NCBI RefSeq assembly: GCF_009914755.1
Contig: NC_060939.1
Direction: 5' to 3' (one strand)
From: the human T2T-CHM13v2.0 reference genome, Homo sapiens
Length of the DNA stretch: 64,000 nucleotides
The notes under the pieces were generated by a model that made no database searches, was not told where the DNA came from, and saw only the letters and a list, made by a program, of their open reading frames with translations. This document shows, one piece after another, positions 31,832 to 48,656 of this stretch; the first letter of the stretch is position 1; each line of letters begins with the position of its first letter. The position numbers and the translations under genes are program-made.

Positions 31832-33835
31832 AGTTTTCATTCCTTTAGAGTAAATGTCTACGGGTGGGATTGCTGAGTAATATAATGTGTATTTAACAGC
31901 ATGAGAAGTTGTTTTCCGGTGTAGCTGTACATCTTGCATTCCCATCAGCAATATATGCATTCACCTGCTCCAAATGCTCACCAGCAATCGATACTGTCAG
32001 TTTTGTTTTTAGAATTTTAGCCATTCAGTAGCTGTGATGTGGTGTCCCATTGTGGCTACAATTTTCATTCCCCTAATGACTAATGATGTTGAGCATCTTT
32101 TCATTCACAAATCTTTAAAGAAGAATACCCAAGTTTTTTGCCCATTTTTATATTTGGTTGTTTGTTTTCTTACTGTTGAATTTTGAGAGTACTTCATATG
32201 TTCTGCATACAGGTGCTTTCTCAGATACATGCTTTTCAAATATTTTCTCCCAGTATGTAGCTTGTCTTTTCAATCTCTTGTGTTTCTTTGATGAAGTTCA
32301 ATTCATCAACTTTTTCTTTTATTAATCAAATATTTGGTGTCAAATGCAAGAACCCTCGGCCTCACTCAAAGTCACAAAAACTTTCTCCTATGTTTCCTGC
32401 TAAAAGTTTTGTATTTTTACATGTACATTAAGCCTACGATCCATTTTGGGTTAATTTTTATATATGGTTTGAGGCATAGGTTCTTTTTTGCATATGTATG
32501 TTTAATTTTTTTAGAACCATTTGTTGGAAACATTATCCTTTCTCTACTTATACCTTTCACTTCTACAAAAAAAATCACTTGACCGTATTTATGTGCTTTT
32601 ATATATAGATTCTCTAATTTGTTCCATTGATTTCTGTTATACTAATTTTTCCAATATACATTTCGATTATGGTAGACTCCTACTAAGATTTTAAATTGAG
32701 TAGTGTGAATTCTTCAACTTTGTTTTGGCTATTCTAGCCCCTTTGCCTTTCCATATGTATTTTAGAATCATTTGTCTATATTTATTTTAAAAAATGTTTC
32801 TGAGAGTTTCATTGTGGTTGCATTAAATCTATAGTTTCATTTAGAAACTATAGGTAATTTCACTATATTAAAGTCTTTTGGTCCATGAGTATGCTATTAC
32901 TCTCTATTTAGTCACTTTTTACATCCTTTATTAGAATTTTTAACATCCAGATCTTGCATGTAGTTTCTAGATTTTTACCTGTTTCCTTTTTTCCAGCGGT
33001 TGTAAATGATTTAAAAATTTTTAGTTTCCAAAATTTTATTACTAGTATATAGAAATACAATTGATTTTTGTATATTAGCTTTGTATCTTGAAACCCACTG
33101 TGTAAACTCAGTGGTTCTATGACTATTTTTGTAGATTCCTTGAGATTTTCTACATTGACAATCTTGTTATCTCTGTATAGGAACAGTTTTATTTCCTCCT
33201 TTCCAAGAAGTAAGTGCTTTCTTTTCTTGCCATATTGCACTGATTAAGATTCAATGCAATGTTGAATAAAACTAGTCAAAGTGGACTTCCTTTTCTTCTT
33301 CCTGATTTCAGGGGGAAAGCATTCAGTCTTTCACTGTTAGACGTAATGTTAGCTGTGATTTTTTTTTGGAGATGCCCTTTATCAGATTAAGGAATTTCCC
33401 TCACATTTCTTGTTTCTGAGAATTTTATTATGAATGGATGTTGAATTTTGTCAAATGCTTTTTGTGCATATACTGATAAGGATTATATGTTTTTTCTCTT
33501 TTAATTTGCTATTATGATAGGTTTTGAATTTCTGAATGTTGAGCCAGCTTTGCATTTTTGGGATAAACCTTATTTGGTTATGATGCATTATTTTTAAAAA
33601 TCTATTGCTGGATTTGACTTGCTACTGTTTTGATGAGGACTTCTGCTTCTATGTTCATGAGGGATATTAGTTTATACTTTTCTTGTGCTATCATTATCTG
33701 GTTTTGGTCTCAGGGTAATTCTGGGTTCACAGATAAGTTGGGGAGTTTCCCTCCTTCTTCTCTTTTCAGTAGAGATTGTATAAAACTGGTGACTGCTAGT
33801 GAAACTATCTGGACTTGGAGTTTTGTTTGTTTGCT

Positions 33836-34131
33836 TTTTTTTTTTTTTTTTGAGACGAAGTATTGCTCTGTCGCTCAGGCTGGAGTGCAGTGGCGCAATC
33901 TCGGCTCACTGCAAGTTCCGCCTCTGGGTTCCTGCCATTCTCCTGCCTCAGCCTTCTGAGTAGCTGGGACTACAGGTGCCTGCCACCACACCCGGTTCAT
34001 CTTTTGTATTTTTAGTAGAGATGGGATTTCACTGTTTTAGCCAGGATGGTCTTGATCTCCTGACCTTGTGATCCACCCCCCTCGGCCTCTCAAAGTGCTG
34101 GGATTATAGGTGTGAGCCACCACGCCCGGCC
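33836..34131 (-). mobile_element. AluY
   Basis: Y diagnostics; TSD tgtttgctt. Confidence 0.95.
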
Positions 34132-34406
34132 TGTTTGCTTGTTTTTACTAAGAATTCAAATTTATTTACTACCCATAGGGCTACTCAAGTTATCTGTTTC
34201 TTCTTGAGTGAGTTTTGGTAGTTTCTATTTTTAAAGAATTGGTTCTTTTTATCTAAGTTGAATTTTTATGCATAGAGTTGTTCAAAATATTTTCTTTATT
34301 ATCTTTTAAACATTCCTCATGTCTCTAGTGATAGTTTCTCTTTCATTTCTGATATTGTTAATTGGTGTCTTGCCTCTTTTTTTTTCTTCATCAGCCTGAC
34401 TAGAAT

Positions 34407-34794
34407 GGTATTATGGACTGAATTGTGTTCCTCCAAATTTATATGTAGAACTCCTAACCCTCAGTACCTCAGAATGGGACTGTATTTGGAGATAATGTCT
34501 TTAAAGAGGTAATTAAGCTAAAGTAAATTCATTAGGATGGGACTTAATTGAATATGAATGAGGTCATTGTAAGAAGAGGAAATTAAAACCAGACAACTTA
34601 GAGGAAAGACCATGTACAGACAAGGGGAGAAGATGACCATCTGCAAACCAAGGGGAGAGGCCGCAAAAGAAAGCAACCTTGCTCTCACCTTGATCCCAGA
34701 CTTCTAGATTCCAGAATAGTGAGAAAATAAGTTTCTGTTGTTTAAGCTACACAGTCTCTGGTGCTTTGTTATGTGGCCCTAGCAAACTGATACA
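34407..34794 (+). mobile_element. MLT1B-like solo LTR
   Basis: ttatggactgaattgtgttcctccaaatttatatg...cctcagtacctcagaatg...ccctagcaaactgataca. Confidence 0.88.
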
Positions 34795-35684
34795 AAGTTT
34801 ACTAATTTAATTGACCCTTAAAAAAAACCTAGCTTTTGTTTTTACTGGTTTTCTCTATTGTTTTGTTTTCAATATTACTGATTTTTATTCTTGTTATTTC
34901 CTTCTTTTGCTTATTTTGGGTTTATTTTGCTCTTCTTTTCTAATTTCATAATGTGGAAGCTGAATTTGAGACCTTTCTTTTTTCCTAATATTTACATTTA
35001 ATGCTATATTTTTTCCCTATATACTACTTTAGCTCCATCTCAAATTTTTACATGTAATTGCATTTTCAATTCAGTTCAAAATATTTTCTAATTCCTTTTA
35101 AGATTTTTCTCTTTGAAGCAGGGATTACTTGAATGTTAAATTTCCAGGTATTTGTTTTGTTTTTTTAACACATCTTTCTGATATTGATTTCTACTATAAT
35201 TCCATTATGGTTAAAGAACATACTTTTGTATTATTTTAATTATTTTAAATTTGTTAATGATTTATTTATAACTCACAATAAGGCCTATCTTGGTAAATAT
35301 CCTATGTGCACTTACAATAATGTGTATTCTGCTCTTTTTAGATACAGCATGTGATTAATATTAATTAGGTCAGTATGACTGATGGTGTTATTAATATCTT
35401 CTATATCTTTCTAATTTTCTACCTATTTGTTCATTGGTTATGGAGAGGAAAATGTTACAATATCCAACTGTAATTGTAGATTTGTCTATATCCCATTTTG
35501 GTTTTTATCAGTTTGGCTTCATGTATTTTGAGGCTATGTAGTTAGGTACAGATTTATTTGGGATTGTTATGTCTTACTGGATTAGATCTTTCACTATTAT
35601 ATAATGTCCCTCCTTATTTCTGGTAATTTTCCTCATTATAAAGTCTACTTTGTGTTATATTAAAATAGCCACATACAGATTTCC

Positions 35685-36448
<764 letters not shown>

Positions 36449-36509
36449 TAATTAGTACTTGCATTATATGTATTTTCATCTGTTTATTTTAAATTTAGCT
36501 ATACCATTA

Positions 36510-36855
<346 letters not shown>

Positions 36856-37922
36856 TGACATAAAATTGGATCTCCCCTCCCCTACATTCAATCTGACCGT
36901 TTCTGACTTTGAATTGATGTGTTTAAACCACTTACATTAATTATTGATACAGTTGAATTTAGGCTACCCTTTTCTTATTTGTTTTCTGCATATCTTCTCT
37001 GTTTTTCATTTTTCTCTTTCCCCCTTCCTGCCTTCTTTTGGATTACTTAAATATTTTTGAGACTTTTAATTCATTAACATTTTTAGTGTCTTTCTGGGTA
37101 GTTTTTTTGGTTGTTGCTCTAGGGATTATAATATACATATTTAATTTTCAGCTACTAATAAGAATTAATATTTTATCACTTCAAGTAAAATGTAGAATAC
37201 TCAACTATTTAGGTCCCTTTATACTCCTTATTTTAAGTTTTGTTATTATCTGTATTACATCTGTGTACATTGAAAACCCATTAGGAATATTGTAAGTTTT
37301 GCATTAAATAGTCTTAAATATTTTAAAGAATTGAAGAGAAGAAAAATAGTTCAATATGTTACCCAGATATTTCCCTTTTTTCTTATCTTCCTTCCTTCCA
37401 GAAATTCCACATTTTCCCTCTGGTATCATTTCTTTCTGTATGAATAATTTCTCTTTCAAAAAAGAAAGGTAACTGTATGAAATGATGGGCGTGTTAATTT
37501 GACTATAGTAATCCCTTCACATTGTATATGTATAGCAAGATAAGTCAAGATAAATATATTAAAATATTATATTGTATACCTTAAAAATGTACAAGTTTTT
37601 TAAAAACAACTTTTTTGGGGGCAAGGGTGCTGATAAATTACTTTTCCTTCATCGAAGAATATCTTTATTTTGCATTTATTTCTCAAGGATATCTTCACTT
37701 AATATAAAATTACGAGTTGACAGTTCTTCTTTTTCAGTATGCTATAAATGTTGTTCCACTTCCTTCTGGCTCCCATGGTTTTGGGACAATAATCCTCAAT
37801 GTTATATTGTGTTTCCTATATATGTAACTTGCTGCTTCCTTTGTCTTTGCTTTACAGCAGACTAATGATGATGTATCTTGGTAAATCTTGGTTTGATTTT
37901 TTTCTGGTTTGGTGTTGATTGA

Positions 37923-38331
<409 letters not shown>

Positions 38332-39284
38332 TAAAATATTTTCCTTCTGCACCAATTTATTTCTCCCATCCTCTGGGACTCTAATGATACATATATTAAA
38401 CCTTCTGATGTTGTCCTATTGGTCCCTGAAGCTGTTCTTTTTTAAAAAAAAAACCTTTCTATTGTTGTTTTTCTTCAATTGGATAACTTTTATTGATACA
38501 CCTTTAAGTTCACTAACTCTTCTCTCATATCCTTTCTTCTGTATAACACAAACAGTAAGTTTTCTATTTCTATTTTATAGTTCTAACTTTTTTTTGGTCC
38601 TTTGTATTTTTCTTCTCAGAATTTCTATTTTTCCAGGTATTTCAAGAGAATTTTCGTTTATTTCATACAGCATAGTTATAATGGCTGTTTAAAAATGACT
38701 GTCTGATATTTCCAACATTGGGTTATCTGAATGTTGGCATCTGTGGTTATCTTTTCCTGATTTGTATATTGTGTAATTTTGGATTGTGCCCTGGCCATTT
38801 AAAATATTACATTATGAGACTCTGGCCCTCATTGAAATCCTCTGGAGAATGTTGATATTTTTTCTTTTGGCAGGCATCTGCTTGGTTAGGCTCAGGCTTT
38901 GAGTCCTGAGCTGTCTTCTGTTGCCTATGTTAGGTCAGCCTTCAAACATTTACTGTGTTATGTTGACCTATGGATCGTGTATTCCTTCCAGGGACCAGTT
39001 TTAGACCTGGACAATGATCTACAACTTAGTTCATTTCTTAAAGCCATTGTTAAGTTATTTGAAGTTAGCTCCATGCATGCATAGTTCAGTGACGGGCCCA
39101 GGACAGCATACACATTTGTTTGTGGTCCATTTCTCAAACTCCTTCCTCTTCATGACTTCTTCAACACCCTTCAGCTCCCTAGGACCCCTTTTCCTGATTC
39201 TCAGGCTAGAAAGTTGAGGCGTTTGCCTTCCAGGCCTGTCATGCATTTCTTGTGTCTGGATGTGGTTCTAAGTAAAGCAGCAAG

Positions 39285-39285
<1 letters not shown>

Positions 39286-39312
<27 letters not shown>
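39286..39312. repeat. (GA)n microsatellite
   Basis: Read directly from the sequence. Confidence 0.95.
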
Positions 39313-39317
<5 letters not shown>

Positions 39318-40836
39318 CCAGGATTCCCTCCTTCCTTTTCATCCCTCTGGTTAGAAAAAAGGATTTTCTTTCAGAGTTTCAGGTGCCTTCGTGGCTGCTG
39401 CTGCTGTCATGGGAGTGCAGTCTTACAACATTTGCCTGGGGCAGGAGACAGAGAAAGAAAAAAACAGTGGATTTCCTCCTCTCTCTCCATTCCTCAGGGG
39501 CCCCTTTCCTGGTCTTGTGACCATAGAGGGATGGTTTCTCCTGGGCACTTCTCCCTATATGCCTGCTGAGCAGTTCTGGGATTTGGGTGTCCTGAGTCTA
39601 AGCTGGGAGATGTGGGAGGAAAGAAAAGCTGGTGAACTCATTGCCACCTCCATGTTTCTCTGAATGTTATCTCTCTCTCCATCTGCTTGCCGTGGTTTTC
39701 TTTCTAGACACCTCTGATGATTGCTGCATGTATTCTGCCCAGGGTTTTTGGCTGTGATCACTGGGAGAGATAGAAGGGACTGTATTTGCTCCATCTTACC
39801 CAGCTCTGCAAACCTGCTGGAGAGTTTAATTGGTAAGTATTTTTAAGTTTTATTTTTATATGAAAACATGCAGAGTAAGACTGCAAGATCAGCATGAACT
39901 TCTCAAAGCTTCTAAAGCTGATGTCTTTGAGAAAATACAGGCTTGTGGGGCATTGCTTTGATAGGAGTTGAGTCTCCTCTGTTTAGAGAGAAGACAAGAG
40001 GGAGAAGCAATGCCCTTCTTGGTATAGATGGCAGGGTTAGCACGGCCCCTGCTCACTGTGGGGCTGACCGCCCCCACTGCAGGAGGCTGGAGTCCTTCTT
40101 TTGCCCTAAGAGCTCATTTTGAGAGATTCTTTGCTTCTAGCTTTTCCCCTGATGACTGACTGGTCCTGTCAGAAATTTTACCTAGGCTTACTCGTCCTGG
40201 AAAACCACAGACAATACCTCTGGCTGCACGGGACACTGAAATCTGTCGGGACCACTCCCTCTCCCAGCACAATCATCCAGGGGCACAGTCCTCAGCGGGA
40301 GCTCCATCTCCTTGACCTCTTTCCCCAAGCAGGAAGAAAATCTCATGCTATCATAATGTGCTGAAATTGTGTTTGGAGATGTAGTTTCCTAGGAAAAACA
40401 TCATTTGGTTTCACAGAAGCTTCCTGTTGGAAACAGGAAAGAGGGGGACAATGCTAAGGGCTGAGGGGCCCTCCTAGAAGGGCAGCAGGAGTGATGGTCT
40501 TCTCAGCCCCGGCCCCTCCGCAACCAGCGAGATGATGCTGAGACTTGGTGAGGGCAGGGGGATAGGAAAGGAGAGAGCAGAGGATACAGGGAAGGTGGGG
40601 CTTGCAGGTGCCTAAGAGGGGCTGTCTCTGCTAGAATCAAATAAAAGGACAAAAGAAAAAGAAACAAAGAAGAATATTTGATATTATCCCCTGCTTTCTT
40701 GGTACACCTGCAACTGGCCGCCAGTGAGAATGTACTACCAGGTAATTTTCATAACCAACCCAGTGTACCTTGAAGCACAGCTGGTTTTTCAGGCATTTAG
40801 AATTTCCTAGTTTTCATTCTAATCTTACTGAATTTT

Positions 40837-40866
40837 GGGGGGTGGTGGGGGGTGTGGGGGGGCGGG
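40837..40866 (+). other. G-quadruplex motif
   Basis: G6-TGGT-G6-TGT-G7-C-G3. Confidence 0.7.
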
Positions 40867-42171
40867 AACACTGATGGGGTAGGGCGAAGAGATACCTGGG
40901 CCTGCTCTCAGGCTCAGAATACCAGGGAAATTTCAGTTTTTTTTTTTTTTTTTTTTTTTCGCCCAGTAGTCTAGGCTCAAAAACACCCTGTGGTTTCTAC
41001 AGTGTGGGTGCTGTTCTGTTCCCACCGCTCTGAAAGATGACGGTAACAATGTGGATTTCGACTGCAGTGGGCATTTCTGTGAGACGGCTCCTTTCTCCCA
41101 CTGAAGCTGCAGTTTGAGATTGGATAATCTTAGGTGTTGGACCCTTGACCGTGCTTTTCATATTTTGAGTCATTTTGTGGAATCTTCTAATGTTAGAGTG
41201 TAATGTTTGCCTAACATTGGCTGATTGTCACTGTTTTAACATTGGCTGACTAGACGTGAAACTTTTATCCTCAAAATGGCCCAGTCACGTCTGGTTAAAT
41301 GTGTAGCATCATTTTTACCTGATAAAAGAAGAAACTATATCTAGAACTGCCAACCTAGAACTCCACAGACTCAAACTAAACAAAATTAAGATAAAAATAC
41401 ATCAGGAGGAGAAGGAAGTAAACACAATATAGAAAATTCAACCAATGTGGCTCAGTTTGTAACCCATCAAATGTCCACCTAACTTCTCTGATACTTCATT
41501 CATATCTGGTTTTTAAATATTATAATATTTGCCTTATAAACCTATTATTACTCTTCGAGCAATTTAAACAACTAGCTTGAATATTATTCCTTTGATTTGT
41601 TACCTGGGCCTAATGCTTCTAGTGTTTCTTTGGAAGCCAGAAATTACCCATCCTCATCTTCAACCATATCCTTGGGCCCCATAACTCATTCTGATTTTGA
41701 TTGCTCTGTCATTGACTTTGGATAATAGGCCAATATTCTAGGAATTACTATTATATTTTATTAATCAGAGCCAGGAGAATTTATAGTAGTGAAACCGAAG
41801 GATTTGCAAGTGGAGCTCGCATATCTCCTGTAAAATGTGTCTCCATGGGCCAGCCACGTGATGGATGGAGATATCACATGCTCCTTCCCTCCCTTGGCAG
41901 CCAGGTGAGCAGCAGCCAGATCCTGTCTCTGGGGACCATTGACTGAGCCTTGCTCAGGGCTTCTCTTAAGGAAAATGTGTGGGAAGGGAGTGTAACATGG
42001 AAGACTTACTACGAATGGGGTGGCCACACATACCTGCAGTGGGGTTGTGGTCACAGCTCCAGATATGGTCTGACAAAGGAGAAGGCTATGCACTTTTTGC
42101 AATATTTCTCATGATTTTTCCTGATAAAGAAATATTAATACCTACCTGCTTATCATAAGAGATATATTTTG

Positions 42172-42512
<341 letters not shown>

Positions 42513-43039
42513 TTAAAGAAATGGAGCACTTAGGACGCAACCACACAGCTTATATTTTTACTTATTTCCCTTGCATTATATATTCTTGTGCGGTTTTTTG
42601 TTACATAGTTAAATTTATTCTACATATACAATTCTTACACTCTTTTAATACTGCATTGCACATACTCAAATAAGGAAAAATCTTCCTAAATATCATTTTA
42701 GACAGCTGCATTAACGTGCTATCAGAGAGTTAAATCAGTGTTTACTTACCTCTCTGCAGATTTACTGCCTTTCAGGAGGGACTCGATCCCCACAGTAGAA
42801 TCCTTAAAGCATTGGGCTTGCGGAAATGCTATCAACCTCCAGGTTCATCCATCAACTACAGGTCCACCCTTTGCTAGGCTTGTGGCTAAATCTTCGATGT
42901 AGCAGTGCATAAAATGGAAGTAATAATAATTAGTGGTGCAGAGTTGCTGTATCATTGAAATAAAATCAGTGCTGTAAAGCATCCGGCACACAGCAAATGC
43001 TCTTTAATCAATTGAAGTCAGTTGCACTAGAATTTCAAG

Positions 43040-43365
43040 TGTCTTCGCGTTTGGTGTTCCTTCTATCTGGAATGCTTTCCCCCTAGAAATCTGTGTAGGA
43101 CTCTGTTTTGTTACCTTGTTAAAGAAGCTTCCCAGAACACCCAATTCAAAGAGGGATCATACCTCATTCTAACTCTGCTTTATTCCTTATCATAATCCTT
43201 ATCATTGTCTGGCACATTATTTATATGTTTATCTAGTTACAGCCTGTCTTCTTAATCTAGAATGGAAGCTTTCTGATGCAGGGATTTTAAGTGCTTTGTG
43301 CCCTGTCATATCCCCAGCATCTAGAATACCTCTTGGCATGTAGTAGGTGTTTAATGAATGAATAA
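43040..43365 (+). mobile_element. L2 3' end (MIR-like sequence just upstream at about 42800-43010)
   Basis: ctagaatggaagct...tatccccagcatctagaa...ggcatgtagtaggtgtttaatgaatgaat. Confidence 0.8.
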
Positions 43366-43465
43366 ACTGCTTGGGCACTGGGGGTGAGCTATGCAAAGTC
43401 TAGACCTCACACTAGTCTAACCTCTGGGAATGTTGACTCTGGAATCTGGTTTTAAGAATTTTTTT

Positions 43466-43748
43466 GGGTGGGGCATGGTGGCTTACGTATGTAATCTCTG
43501 CACTTTGGGAGGGTGAGATGGGAGGATCGTTTGAGGCCAGGAATTCAGTTTCAGCCTGGGCAACATAATGAGACCCCGTCTCAACAAAGAATTTTAAAAA
43601 TTAGCCAGGTGTGGTGGCGAGCACCGGGAGTCCTAGCTACTCAGAAGGCTGAGGTGGGAGGATCGCTTGAGCCCAGGCGTTTGAGTCTGAAGCGAGCTGA
43701 GCTTGAACTACTGCCCTACAGCCTGCACAACACAGTGAGACCCTGTCT

Positions 43749-43782
<34 letters not shown>
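43466..43782 (+). mobile_element. AluJ
   Basis: J diagnostics; long poly-A; TSD-like agaatttt. Confidence 0.92.
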
Positions 43783-43785
<3 letters not shown>

Positions 43786-45297
43786 AGAATTTTCTCCTCT
43801 GAGATTTTTATGTCTTCTAAAAATCGTGACCTGCTTTCTTAAGCTGTAGTTCTTTTACCAATTTCATTTTATTGAAACAATCCTTGCAAACTCTGATTAC
43901 ATTTTCCTGTTCTCATTTCAAAATCTACTTGATTCTAAGTGAAGAACAATACTTTAAACAACAATAATGTTACTAACTACAATGGGTTAAACACCCATTG
44001 TACTTATTACTACTCAGCTAATTCACTGAAAGATCACAATGACAGGTGAACAGGACTCGTGCGTTTGTTCAGGGCAGTCATTCTGCCTGGCCAAACTGCT
44101 TTGACGACACAAAGGAGACAAAATGAGGCAATCCTTGGTGCGTTTCACACAAAGCTCTCCTCCGTCTTCCTCTTTACTCTCGTTCCCTGACCTGCCCCTC
44201 CCTTCTTCCTCACCGTTGGTCACTGTAAGCCTTCTCCTGTCTTTTAATTTCTGAAATGGTCAAAACCACTGACAAGGTCCCAGGCCCCAGGATATGTGGA
44301 CCCAGGCTCAGTGTGGGCTGGACCTGCACGAAAGCTTGGAGCCCATTGGTTGGGGGAACTGACGTGGATCTGGACAGATCCTCCCCACGTAACAGCCTTG
44401 TTGCCTTTCCCTGTATTTGCGAAATAGTTGCGCGGGAGAATGTTCCTCATTGTCCTGAGACTTGAGTAAGATAAAGCAACTAAAAACCCTAAGTCAGTGT
44501 CTGCTCATCAGAAACATGCAGTGAAAGAAAGCGAGTCCTGTTTTCAAAAACTGACACGTGACTTCCTCTCCTTTCTTCCTCTGGAACGATCCATTGTTGA
44601 GGTTGTGTGGTTTCTGTGAGTCTTTGCAAATTCTTTCTGCAAACCTGGGATGAGCCTTGTGCTAGGTGCTGGGGATACAAAGATGTGACTGTGGTCCTTG
44701 CTTTGGGACATCCTAGCAATTGTAATACAATGTATTATAAAGTTGTATTTTTGTGTTTACAAGTTTTGGACGCAGACTCAAATCTGACCATTTTGAGTCA
44801 ATGGGAAAGGGCCAATTTGAAGAATAGCATATTTCAGGGTAATCAGTCTCATTACTTGACATATTCTAGGAAACTCGGGAAGCGCAGATCTGAATTAAAT
44901 TGAATTTAATCTTCCTTAAGTACATGCTGTAGTTGAAACCAGGTTAACAAGTGTTATCTAATAAAGAGATCCTTGGTGAGAATCAGTTAAGAATGACTGT
45001 AATTAGTGATGGTTTATCATTGTCAATTTAAATCCTTGGGTATTCCTAAAGTACTCAGGGATGCTTAAAAACTCTTTGTCTTCTTAAGAGGCTTTAAAAC
45101 TTTTTCTCTACAATCTTGTTGACACAGTTAATTAACAGTTAGAACAATAGACACAAATCCTTACTTCCCTAATTGTGCTGGGGTAAACCTCAGTCACAGC
45201 ATAATTCTTTCCAAAATTCCAGTGTGTGAAATGCACGTGAATGAGTGTTGTAGGTCGCCTTAGCGTTGGCTAGTAATGAGCTGAAAAAACACTTACT

Positions 45298-45645
<348 letters not shown>

Positions 45646-45782
45646 CTACCTGATGGTTTTTGTTTAAAATCTTTCAGATTTCTCTCCCCCTCCCGCCCCC
45701 ATGGAACTGCTTTTACATGTAACACCTCTGACATGGGATCTTAACCCTGAAATGAGCCATTAACTAGGGAGTTACATATGTT

Positions 45783-46346
45783 TATATTTTATTTTTTAAG
45801 TTCAGGGTGCATGTGCAGGTTTGTTACCTAGGTAAACTTGTATTATGGGAGTTTGTTGTACAGATTATTTCATCACCCAAGTATTAAGCGTAGTACCCAT
45901 TAGTTATTTTTCCTGATCCTCTCCCTCCTCCCACCCTCCACCCTCCAATAGGCCAAAGTGTGTGTTGTTATCCTCTATGTGTCCATGTGTTCTCATCATT
46001 TAGCTCCCACTTATAAGGGAGAATGTGTGGTATTTGGTTTTCTGTTTCTGCGTTCGTTTGCTAAGGTTAATGGCCTCCAGCTCCATCCATGATCCTGCAA
46101 AGGACATGATCTCGTTCTTTTTTATGGCTGCATAGTATTCCATGATGTACATGTACCACATTTTCTTTATCCAGTCTACTATTGATGGACATTTAGGTTG
46201 ATTCCATGTCCTTGTGATTGTGAATAGTGCTGCAATGAACACATGAGTGCACGTGCCTTTATGATATATTATATTCCTTTGGGTATAAACCCAGTAATGG
46301 GATTGCTGGGCCAAATGGTATTTCTGTTTTTAGGTTCTGAGGAATC
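45783..46346 (-). mobile_element. L1PA13-16-like 3' end (about 560 bp)
   Basis: Minus ORF 46000-46314 contains the ORF2 C-terminus FIAALFTI.RTWNQPKCPS..DWIKKMW. Confidence 0.93.
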
Positions 46347-47099
46347 ATAGTTCAACCATTTTGGAAGACAGGGAGTTATATTTTTTATGGCCACTGTTCC
46401 TGATAAAGGAAGTCAGTATAAGTGTCTTTTCTGTGGATTGGGACTCAAAATAGAAATAGAACTCACAGGCTGAAATATTTATCGTTTGTATGGAACCAGC
46501 TGTACATGATGCAAAATCTGTATCATTTGTTCTCACACCGAAATGTGAGTTTACAGCTATGTGGAGGTTTGTTTGGGAGTTTGTTGAAATGCTCTGAAGG
46601 GAAGAAGAGAGTGGAGAAAGGGGGACGTTAGGTGGACTGTGGGGTGTCTGAAAGTGTGGCTCTGGGAGCGTTCTAGAAATCTCCAGGGCTGTGGTGGGCA
46701 CTGCGGCCTGCCCATTTCTCTCTAGGCAGAATTTCATGTTTCTCTTTTTTATGGACATGAGTCAGCTGTGCTGGGATTGGAGAGGGTCTCCCAGACCCCT
46801 TTGCCTCTGGGCCGCCAGTTCATTTGGAGCCTTGGCCAGCCCCCCGGGGAGACTCAGCTTTGCTGCAGCTTGCTCTCTCTGTCATCAGGATGGTGAGGAG
46901 GAAGGAGGTCCTCACAGTCCAGGAGGTACACCAGATTCTAACGACGTGAATATAAGCCTTGAGTAAACACTCAAAAACAAACAAACAAACAAACAAAAGA
47001 CAATTGTGAATCAAGGGTGAATTCGCCTTGACTTTTCTTCGCCACCAAATGCACCCAGCTGGGGGGAGGTGCTCAGAGACGAGGAGCCTGGACAGTCCC

Positions 47100-47285
47100 C
47101 AGACTGGACCTGTCTGCAACATCAGCATCATCTGGCTGAACTTGACAGAAGCACAAATTCTGCATTCTTTGGCCCCTCCCCAGACTACTGCGACAGAAAC
47201 CCTGGAGTTGAGGCCCCGAACTCTGTGATTTTTAACGAGCCCTTTGGGTGATTCTGTTGTAGCGGAAGTTTGAGAACCGCTGGTT
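47100..47285. mobile_element. MER5A
   Basis: catcagcatcatctgg...aacttgacagaagcacaaattct...ggtgattctg...aagtttgagaaccgctg. Confidence 0.8.
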
Positions 47286-48656
47286 CAGAAGTGTATTAAA
47301 TCTGGGTTTGCGTATTCCTCTGTCGCGCACTAGCAGTGGAATCTTAGTATCCACGTCTATGAGGTGGAGAGAATATTCATTCCCTCAACAAATATGTGTT
47401 TCACACCTGCTCAGCCCAGATAGTGTGCTCGGCCCTGGGGACACAATACCTGTGAAACCAGGCAGGACCTGACTTCACAGAGCTTAGAGATAGACACTGA
47501 GCAAATCGTCACGAAATAAAAGTGTAATGACCGACGGCAGTAAGTGTTCATGGGGAATGAATCGCAGGCTCTGAGAGTTTGGAGCAGGCACACTGGACCT
47601 AGTTTGGAGACTCAGGGTGGGGCTTGCCAGCCTAATGCTGTCATTTTGAACATTTCCCATCCAAGGTGACTCTTGGAAGTAGTTTCTGACAGGCCAAGGC
47701 CATTTTTGTCAGTTTGTTCTGCCCCATCCGGCTGGGCATGTGGCTTGCTCAGTGCTCCCAGCCTTGGCGCCCTCCGCCATTTTGAACGCCATCTTCATCT
47801 CTGTGTGGAAGTGGCAACTAAGGGAGGCCCTCAGACTCTTGCAGTGCGGCCTCCCTGGCCTGCCTCCCCCTGCCTGGACTGTCGGCTTCGTGAGGAATAC
47901 AATTCCCTAGCGACAATTCTTTGCTGTGTCCTTCTGCCCCCAGTTTCTTTGCTTGGGTCCTGGCTGGCTTCCCACTCTCCACTCTATTCAGAAAGCAACC
48001 CTGCTTTATTACAGATTTCTCCCCAGGTCTGAGCTCCAAGTGCCTGGTGGCTGATGCCTGGTGTGGGTGAGGGCAACACGGTTTTGTTGCAAATCTGACC
48101 CATTGAGGCGGGCTGTGGGATACGAGCTTCTAGCAGCCCTGTTGTGCAGCCTCTGGAGCCTCCTTGGGTTTGCTGTCCCTCCTGATGGAGCCTTGACTGC
48201 AGGTACCAGTGCTTTCCAATCACTGGGAAGGACACTGCCAGGCTGGCTGATTGCCAAGGAGATGCTGGCCCTTCTGGGCTGGAGAGGAGAGGGCCATGAT
48301 CTTTTTGAGTTGTTAATCTTGTCCTGTCCTTGGAGCACAGAACCAACTTTCAAAACTGGAACAAAACACCCATGCACAAAAACAATAGACCCATGAGTTG
48401 AGTTGAGAAGCCATGCTGCCAGGAGGATGGGGAGGCAGGCTGGTCAATAGCACCTCTGACTATTTCAGATGTCCACTAAAGAAGAGTTTGCTTTCTAAGC
48501 ACCAAACTCTAGATGGGTCTTGAAAAGTAGAGAGGAATTTCTCTGGCTGTCATTAGTCTCTGCTTCCCCCAGATTCAGCAGTCCCAAGGCCCTGAGGAAT
48601 TTTAGGCTGACGTGTTAGATACATCCTGGGCTTAAGCCAAAGCAGGGGTACACTGG

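Noticed and set aside
32908-33240. Reverse-transcriptase-like peptide
   Set aside because: Dead L1 ORF2 fragment; the catalytic FADD motif has decayed to YRDN and the frame is broken.
46000-46314. L1 ORF2 C-terminal peptide as a gene
   Set aside because: 5'-truncated L1 copy with a non-ATG start.
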